Of a stretch of 32,000 nt of DNA, positions 26,058-32,000 are shown piece by piece. Origin of the DNA: Crocosphaera subtropica ATCC 51142. GTDB lineage: Bacteria; Cyanobacteriota; Cyanobacteriia; Cyanobacteriales; Microcystaceae. The DNA lies in the NCBI RefSeq assembly GCF_000017845.1, contig NC_010546.1, forward strand, positions 3,150,001 through 3,182,000, in the 5' to 3' direction. The first letter of the stretch is position 1, and every line of letters begins with the position of its first letter. The notes under the pieces are model-generated. The model was not told where the DNA came from. It saw only the letters and a list, made by a program, of their open reading frames with translations, and did not search any database. Position numbers and translations under genes: made by a program.

Positions 26058-27775
26058 ATGTTTCCAGCCGACTCAACTCTCGTTGACCTGTTACAACACA
26101 GGGCAACTCACCAACCGCAACAGCTAAGTTATGTCTTTCTGACCAATGGGGAAACTGAGGAAATTACCCTGAGTTATCAAACCCTGACAGAAAAAGTAAT
26201 GGCGATCGCAGCCCAGTTACAAGCTATGAACTTGCAGAACGAACGAGCTTTGCTGCTTTATGCCCCTGGGCTTGATTTTGTGACCGCTTTTTTAGGTTGC
26301 TTAGCTGCGGGAGTTGGGGCGGTTCCGGTTTATCCACCCCAAGGGAAACAGCCCTTGTCTCGACTAGAGGCGATCGCAGCAGATGCTGAGGCTAAAATTG
26401 TTCTAACGACCAACAATTTTTTAGCAAAAATTAAGCAATATTTTTCAGAAACAGCGAGGTTTACCTACTTAACTACTGATTCTTTAGACGAAAGTTTAGC
26501 TTTACAGTGGAAACAACCGAATATTAATAGCAAAACCCTGGCTTTCCTCCAATACACCTCTGGCTCAACAGGAAATCCCAAAGGGGTTATGGTGAGTCAT
26601 GGAAACTTACTTCAGAACTCCGCTAATATTTATCGAGGATTTAAGCACAATGATAACAGTCGGGTAGTAAGTTGGCTTCCCCATTACCATGATATGGGGT
26701 TGATAGGAGGTATTCTACAGCCTTTGTACGGGGGTTTCCCTGTTATTTTAATGTCGCCGAGCAGTTTTATCAGAAAACCCATTCGCTGGTTACGGGCTAT
26801 TTCTCGTTATGGTGCGACCACAAGCGGTGGACCTAACTTTGCTTATAAACGCTGTGTAGAAACCATTACCCCCAAACAGAAGGCAGGACTGGACTTGAGT
26901 TCCTGGAAAATAGCTTTTACGGGGGCTGAGTCCATTTCCTCTGAAACCTTAGACCAGTTTGCTGAAGCTTTTGCCCCTTGTGGGTTTCGGCGAGAAGCCT
27001 TTTATCCTTGCTATGGGTTAGCTGAGGCGACTTTATTTGTGACGGGGAAGGTTTTAACGAAGTCAGAACTCAGAAGTCAGAACTCAGAAGTTAGAGAACC
27101 GAACCTTATTAGGGTTGATAGTGAGGCATTACAACAAAATCGAGTGGTTGTGACAATTGATGAAACAGTGAAAACTCAAAAAATTGTTAGTTGTGGTCAA
27201 CCTACTTCAGATGAAACCGTGATTATTGTTGATCCTGAGACTTTATTACCCTGTTCTCCTGAAAAAGTAGGAGAAATCTGGGTTTCGGGGGCTAGTGTTG
27301 CTCAAGGTTATTGGCAGCAAAAAGAAATAACAGAAGCAACGTTTAAGGCTTATCTGGCTGATACAAAAGAAGGGACTTTTTTACGAACAGGAGATTTAGG
27401 CTTTCTCCATGACGGGGAATTATTCGTTACAGGAAGGCTTAAAGATGTGATTATTATTCGGGGTCATAATTATTATCCCCAAGATATAGAACTGACGGTA
27501 GAAAACTCTCACCCTGCTATTCGTCCTAATAATTGTGTAGCAACAAGTATTACCCATGAAGAAGAAGAAAAGCTACTAATAATTGCAGAAATTAAACGAA
27601 AATTCCTACAGAAATTGAATTTAGAAGAAACTATCACGAAAATAAGAGCTAATATTTCTCAAAATCATGGCATTCAAACCGATAATATTGTCTTAGTTAA
27701 ACAGGGTAGTATTCCTAAAACATCAAGCGGTAAAATTCAGCGTCAGGCGTGTAAACAGGCGTATTTAGAACAAAA
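26058..27775 (+). other. fatty acyl-AMP ligase domain
   Basis: 'LAFLQYTSGSTGNPKGVMVSHGNLL', 'SWLPHYHDMGLIGG', 'TSGGPNFAY', 'GLAEATLFVTG', 'LRTGDLGF', 'SSGKIQR'. Confidence 0.9.
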
Positions 27776-29843
27776 TCTGCCCACAATTGAAAGTTTACAA
27801 GTGTTTAAGTCTTCTCCTCATGCCCCCTCTAACTTAATCCAATGGTTACGAAATTATGCCAACGAACATATTAACTCCCGCTTAATGGATGAGCGTCGCT
27901 GCATTCCCCCTCATATTGTGTTAGATTTTGGCAATCAGGGACTCTTAGGGATGCAGGTTCCCCCCGAATATGGAGGATTAGGGTTAAATCATGGGGAAAC
28001 CATGAAGGTAATTGAGCAATTAGGAGCCATTGACACAACATTATCCTTATTTGTGGGATTAAACAATATTTTAGGTATTCGTCCCCTACTACAGTTCGGG
28101 AGTCAAGCTTTAAAAGAAGAACTACTACCTATGTTAGCCACAGGACGAGAACTGGCGGCCTTTGCTTTAACCGAACCAAGTGCCGGCTCAAACCCCCAAG
28201 CCATCACATCTTCTGCCATGCCTCTGTCTTCGGATAAATGGGTATTAAACGGGACTAAAATCTGGAGTGGTTCGGCAGCTTGGGCAGGGGTAATTAACGT
28301 TTTCGTGCAGCAAAAAGACGCACAAGGGAAATTTCAAGGAATAAGCAGTTTTGCCGTCAGAAGGGGAACCCCAGGACTGAAACAGGGGCCCGAAGCCTTA
28401 ACCCTGGGAATGCGAGGCATGGTACAAAATACCGTCTATTTGAATAACGTTCCTGTCAGTGCGTCCCAACAACTGGGAGATCCAGGGGAAGGGATGAAAG
28501 TGGCTCAAGATGCCATGATGTATGGACGGTTAGCCATTGCTGCTGCTAGTGTGGGGGGAATGAAACGTTGCGCTCAGTTGTGGCATCGCTATAGTTCTCG
28601 TCGGCAAATTTCTACGGGGCGTTTATTAGATAATCCTTTGGTTTTAGCCCGTTTAAATGGATTAACGGCTGCCATTACAACAGTGGAAACGTTAGTTACC
28701 AGTATCGCTCAATTGCTAGACCAAGGACAAGAAGTCCCCATTGAGGCTTATACAGTGTGTAAAATGGCCGCTCCTGAGTTTTATTGGCAAGCGGCGGATA
28801 ACTTAGTTCAATTTCTGGGGGGTCGGGGCTATATTGAAACCAATATTGCACCCCAAATTTTACGAGATGCCAGGGTTTTGAGGATTTTTGAAGGGCCAAC
28901 GGAAACCTTAACGGCTTTTCTGGGATCAAGGCTCATTTATCAACCCAAAGGGCTTAAAAGATTGCTTCGTGACACTTTAGGTGTACCTGAAATTTACGAA
29001 CAGTTACAGCAAACCGTTGAGCAAATTCAGTATTACAGAAAATCCCCCTTTACTGAGGCAACAAAAACCAAACATTGGACAGCCATGTTATGTGGAGAAG
29101 TGGCGATGTGGGGCGTTTTGCTGGCAGTATTACAAGCAAAAGCGATCGCAACTCCATTAGAATCATTAGATCGAGCGATCGCTTGGACAAAAGAACATTT
29201 TCAGCAAAAAATTGCCCAAGGGTTTATCAAAACCCCTGATGAACTGGTGATCAGCAGTGCCAACAAGACAACAGAATTAATTGCAGATTACGAAACAGCG
29301 ATCGGGGACATAGAGCAAACCCTGGCAGGGGAAGATCGGGAGTTAGATGAGCTTTTAAGAAAACAAAAGAATGGGGAAATCAGAGAATATTCTGCGGTTA
29401 AGAAGATAGAAAGAGCAGAAAAACCCTTATCCGAAGAAGACTGGGAGAAAAGGGGAGTCATTGAGGACTGGTTGAAGAACTGGTTAGGGAAGAAATTAAA
29501 CCTATCACCCCAAACTATTGATCCAAAGCGAGCGTTTGCTGATTATGGAATTGATTCGGTTATGGCTGTGGAATTAGCTCAAGATTTGCAAGAATGGCTC
29601 GGTCATACGCAAGAATTAGAGGCTAGTCTGGCTTGGAATTTTCCCAATATTAAATCCTTGGCGAAATATTTAACAACTGTAGCATCTGTTGCTGAGGATG
29701 AAGCAGTAGAAGAAATATTGAGCATGGCTGAACCTGAGATGATGTCAGCTATCAAAAACGCCTCAGAAGAAGAAATTCAAACTGCCATTAGCCAAGAAAT
29801 GGCAGAGTTAGAAAGTTTATTGAAGGGAGGTTACCAACGATGA
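26058..29843 (+). CDS. fused fatty acyl-AMP ligase (FAAL) / acyl-CoA dehydrogenase-family / acyl carrier protein loading enzyme
   Basis: The ORF track starts at GTG 26016, but that GTG lies inside a perfect palindrome. ATG 26058 gives 'MFPADSTLVDLLQHRA', a typical FAAL N-terminus. Motifs: FAAL 'LQYTSGSTGNPKGVMVSHGNL', 'WLPHYHDMGL', 'GGPNFAY'; ACAD 'FALTEPSAGSN', 'RIFEGPTE'; ACP 'YGIDSVMAVEL'. Confidence 0.93.
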   Translation: MFPADSTLVDLLQHRATHQPQQLSYVFLTNGETEEITLSYQTLTEKVMAIAAQLQAMNLQNERALLLYAPGLDFVTAFLGCLAAGVGAVPVYPPQGKQPLSRLEAIAADAEAKIVLTTNNFLAKIKQYFSETARFTYLTTDSLDESLALQWKQPNINSKTLAFLQYTSGSTGNPKGVMVSHGNLLQNSANIYRGFKHNDNSRVVSWLPHYHDMGLIGGILQPLYGGFPVILMSPSSFIRKPIRWLRAISRYGATTSGGPNFAYKRCVETITPKQKAGLDLSSWKIAFTGAESISSETLDQFAEAFAPCGFRREAFYPCYGLAEATLFVTGKVLTKSELRSQNSEVREPNLIRVDSEALQQNRVVVTIDETVKTQKIVSCGQPTSDETVIIVDPETLLPCSPEKVGEIWVSGASVAQGYWQQKEITEATFKAYLADTKEGTFLRTGDLGFLHDGELFVTGRLKDVIIIRGHNYYPQDIELTVENSHPAIRPNNCVATSITHEEEEKLLIIAEIKRKFLQKLNLEETITKIRANISQNHGIQTDNIVLVKQGSIPKTSSGKIQRQACKQAYLEQNLPTIESLQVFKSSPHAPSNLIQWLRNYANEHINSRLMDERRCIPPHIVLDFGNQGLLGMQVPPEYGGLGLNHGETMKVIEQLGAIDTTLSLFVGLNNILGIRPLLQFGSQALKEELLPMLATGRELAAFALTEPSAGSNPQAITSSAMPLSSDKWVLNGTKIWSGSAAWAGVINVFVQQKDAQGKFQGISSFAVRRGTPGLKQGPEALTLGMRGMVQNTVYLNNVPVSASQQLGDPGEGMKVAQDAMMYGRLAIAAASVGGMKRCAQLWHRYSSRRQISTGRLLDNPLVLARLNGLTAAITTVETLVTSIAQLLDQGQEVPIEAYTVCKMAAPEFYWQAADNLVQFLGGRGYIETNIAPQILRDARVLRIFEGPTETLTAFLGSRLIYQPKGLKRLLRDTLGVPEIYEQLQQTVEQIQYYRKSPFTEATKTKHWTAMLCGEVAMWGVLLAVLQAKAIATPLESLDRAIAWTKEHFQQKIAQGFIKTPDELVISSANKTTELIADYETAIGDIEQTLAGEDRELDELLRKQKNGEIREYSAVKKIERAEKPLSEEDWEKRGVIEDWLKNWLGKKLNLSPQTIDPKRAFADYGIDSVMAVELAQDLQEWLGHTQELEASLAWNFPNIKSLAKYLTTVASVAEDEAVEEILSMAEPEMMSAIKNASEEEIQTAISQEMAELESLLKGGYQR
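27059..27105. repeat. 14-bp (2 x 7) tandem repeat, three units, in frame in the FAAL domain
   Basis: 'gaagtcagaactca' at 27059-27072 and 27073-27086, then degenerate 'gaagttagagaacc'. 42 bp equals 14 codons, encoding KSELRSQNSEVREP. Confidence 0.85.
27830..28960 (+). other. acyl-CoA dehydrogenase-family domain
   Basis: 'VPPEYGGLGL', 'AAFALTEPSAGSNP', 'LNGTKIWSG', 'GGRGYIE', 'RIFEGPTETL'. The candidate catalytic Glu codon is at 28890..28892. Confidence 0.85.
29460..29675 (+). other. acyl carrier protein domain
   Basis: 'FADYGIDSVMAVELAQDL'. The Ser codon is at 29556..29558. Confidence 0.85.
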
Positions 29844-32000
29844 ATCATGAACTTTCCGACTCCCAGAGAGTGCTTCTTGCCCTCAAACAAGCCCGTTTGC
29901 AGCTAGAAACCCTTGAACGACAAAAAAACGAGCCTATTGCCATTATTGGCATGGACTGCCGTTTTCCAGGGGATGCCAACAGTCCCGAAGCTTACTGGGA
30001 ACTCTTGCGTAATGGTGTGGATGGGATCACCGATATTCCTGGCGATCGCTGGAACGTAGAAACCTATTACGACTCAGATCCCGACGTTCCTGGGAAAATG
30101 TACACTCGTTACGGAGGATTTATCGATGGGGTGGATCAGTTTGATCCTCAATTTTTCGGCATTTCTCCCCGTGAAGCCATGAGTCTTGATCCTCAGCAAC
30201 GATTACTCTTAGAAGTGAGTTATACTGCCTTAGAACGGGCAGGACAGCCCCTAGACTCCTTAGAAGGGAGCAAAACCGGGGTATTTATGGGGATTTGTTT
30301 TGACGACTATTCTCGGTTAAGCCTTAACTCTGGTGATCCCACGTTGATCGATGCCTATAGTAGTTTAGGGAATACCCGCAGTATTGCCGTAGGACGTATC
30401 GCCTATGTGTTGGGACTACAGGGGCCGGTGATACAGTTAGATACCACCTGTTCCTCTTCATTGTTAGCGGTTCATCTCGCCTGTCAAAGCTTACGCACGG
30501 GAGAATCTAATTTAGCCTTAGCAGGAGGGGTTAATTTAATGCTCTCTCCTGAAGTCAGCATCGGTTTTTCTAAGCTCAAAGCTCTTGCCCCTGACGGACG
30601 CTGTAAAACCTTCGATCAACGGGCTGATGGCTACGGACGGGGAGAAGGCTGTGGTATTGTGGTGTTAAAACGGTTATCCGATGCGATCGCCGATGGTGAT
30701 ACTATTTTAGCAACCGTTCTTGGTTCAGCCGTCAATCATGATGGTCAAAGCAACGGCTTAACAGCCCCCAATGGTTCGGCCCAGGAAGCGGTGATCCGTC
30801 AAGCCTTAGAAAATGCCAAAGTTGATCCCACTCAGATCCAATATGTAGAAACTCACGGCACAGGAACATCTTTGGGCGACCCCATTGAAGTGTTGGCCTT
30901 GAGTAAGGTGTTAGGAGAAGGCAGAAAAGAGGATAACCCCATTAATATTGGCTCAGTTAAAACGAATTTTGGTCATCTGGAGTCGGCTGCTGGGGTGGCG
31001 AGTTTGATCAAGGTTATTTTGTCACTGCAACATCAAGAGATTCCTCCCCACCTTCATTTTCAAACCCCAAACCCTTATATTCCCTGGCACAAGCTACCCG
31101 TAACCGTTCCTACTACCTTAACCCCTTGGGAAGTCAAAAATGGCCGTCGTTTAGCAGGTGTTAGTTCCTTTGGCATGAGTGGGACGAATGTTCATCTTAT
31201 TGTCGGAGAAAGCGCAAAAATTAAGGAAAACATTGAAACACCAAAAGTTGACCGCCCCTTACATCTATTAACCTTATCCGCCAAAACCGAAACCGCTTTA
31301 CAAGCACAGATAGAACAATATAAAACCTATTTAACCACCCATAAAAACCTATCTTTTGCCGATATTTGTTTCAGTGTTAATAAAAAGCGATCGCACTTTG
31401 ATTATCGTCTCAATATTATAGCTAGTTGTGTAAAAGAAGCATCAGAAAAACTAAATAATTCATTGCCTCCTGCCTTCTCCCGTTTGGTAAAGGGGGGCAA
31501 GGGGGTATCGCTTCCTATTGCCTTTTTATTCACCGGACAAGGTTCCCAATATATGGGTATGGGACAACAACTTTATCAAACCCAACCCACTTTTAAAGCA
31601 ACATTTGATTACTGTTGTGACATCCTTCAATCTTACCTAGGATGGGATCTCAGAGAGATTCTTTTTGCAACAGAATATCCCCACTTTATAAGGGGAGGTA
31701 GGGGGGGATCTCCTGCCTCCTCCTTACACTCAACAATTAATACGCAACCTGCTTTATTCGTCATTGAATATGCTTTAGCCAAACTATGGCTATCTTGGGG
31801 GATTAAACCTAATATAATGATCGGTCATAGTATTGGGGAATATGTCGCAGCCACCCTAGCAGGGGTATTTAGTTTAGAAGATGGCTTAAAACTGATTACA
31901 GCTAGAGCGCAACTAATGCAAGCACTGCCTGAAACTGGCTCAATGGTGGCTGTTTTTGCAACATTAGAAACCGTAAAAAAAGCAATTAATTCTTACTCAG
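29840..32000 (+). CDS. type I polyketide synthase (KS-AT...), 3'-partial, continues beyond the window
   Basis: Not in the ORF track because no stop is reached. The ATG overlaps the upstream stop (ATGA at 29840-29843). My translation: '[44 protein letters not shown]...', '[12 protein letters not shown]', '[14 protein letters not shown]', '[10 protein letters not shown]', then AT '[10 protein letters not shown]', 'GHSIGE'. Confidence 0.93.
   Translation, partial: [720 protein letters not shown]
29932..31205 (+). other. ketosynthase domain
   Basis: The Cys codon is at 30449..30451 in 'DTTCSSSL'. Also 'ETHGTGT' and 'NFGHLE'. Confidence 0.9.
31465..31511. repeat. G-run mini-element with heptamer flank, in frame in a plus-strand PKS (opposite orientation relative to translation)
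   Basis: 'gcctcctgccttctcccgtttggtaaaggggggcaagggggtatcgc' encodes [15 protein letters not shown], just before the AT GQGSQ motif. Confidence 0.75.
31517..32000 (+). other. acyltransferase domain (partial)
   Basis: '[14 protein letters not shown]'. 'GHSIGE' has its Ser codon at 31829..31831. The specificity motif lies beyond the window. Confidence 0.8.
31688..31723. repeat. G-run/GATC mini-element plus TCCTGCC heptamers, in frame in the plus-strand AT domain
   Basis: 'ataaggggaggtagggggggatctcctgcctcctcc' encodes [12 protein letters not shown]. Confidence 0.8.

Noticed and set aside
28696-28929. Antisense ORF 28696..28929 inside the ACAD domain
   Set aside because: It lies on the opposite strand to a well-conserved ACAD region ('GGRGYIE', 'RIFEGPTE'). 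It is a shadow ORF.
2719-31723. Whether the recurring G-run elements could be a CRISPR array
   Set aside because: The copies are kilobases apart and irregularly spaced, lie inside coding sequence, and are not separated by uniform spacers. No cas genes are present.
1-32000. tRNA or rRNA genes, transposases, integrases, or TE/reductase release domains
   Set aside because: Every intergenic stretch is under 440 bp and shows no cloverleaf-like or rRNA-like sequence. No ORF has transposase or integrase motifs. No GxSxG thioesterase or SDR reductase domain follows any terminal carrier domain in the window.

Overview
The window is almost entirely one hybrid NRPS/PKS biosynthetic gene cluster of cyanobacterial type. 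It has about 40% GC and I counted about 30 GCGATCGC (HIP1) octamers by eye. Two operons diverge from an intergenic region at about 24.9-25.35 kb.

Minus strand, in transcription order:
- C-A-T NRPS (21623..24859/24913).
- KS-AT-KR-like-carrier PKS (16897..21609/21618).
- C-A-T-Cy-A(Ox)-T NRPS (9355..16752).
- A small Uma2-family gene (8571..9155).
- C-A-T-C-A-T-E NRPS (637..8418).

Plus strand:
- A small PEP-CTERM protein.
- A FAAL-ACAD-ACP tri-domain loading protein.
- The start of a KS-AT PKS that runs off the window.

Hand-read specificity codes suggest Gly, malonyl, Cys, Cys (to thiazole), Gly, D-Cys. No TE or reductase release domain is in the window.

Most unusual observations:
1. Many short repeat elements sit in frame inside the megasynthase genes. 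They are G-run/GATC-bounded palindromic mini-elements and heptamer-phase arrays. They recur at homologous surface loops and occur in both orientations relative to translation.
2. A sharply bounded 1549-bp A-domain cassette is present twice with only 7 mismatches.
3. The fused FAAL-acyl-CoA-dehydrogenase-ACP loader.
4. Non-collinear logic: the first gene of the minus-strand operon opens with a DCL-type C domain, and the last gene ends in an E domain plus a COM-like tail.

All domain boundaries are approximate and derived by locating core motifs by eye. No database searches were run.
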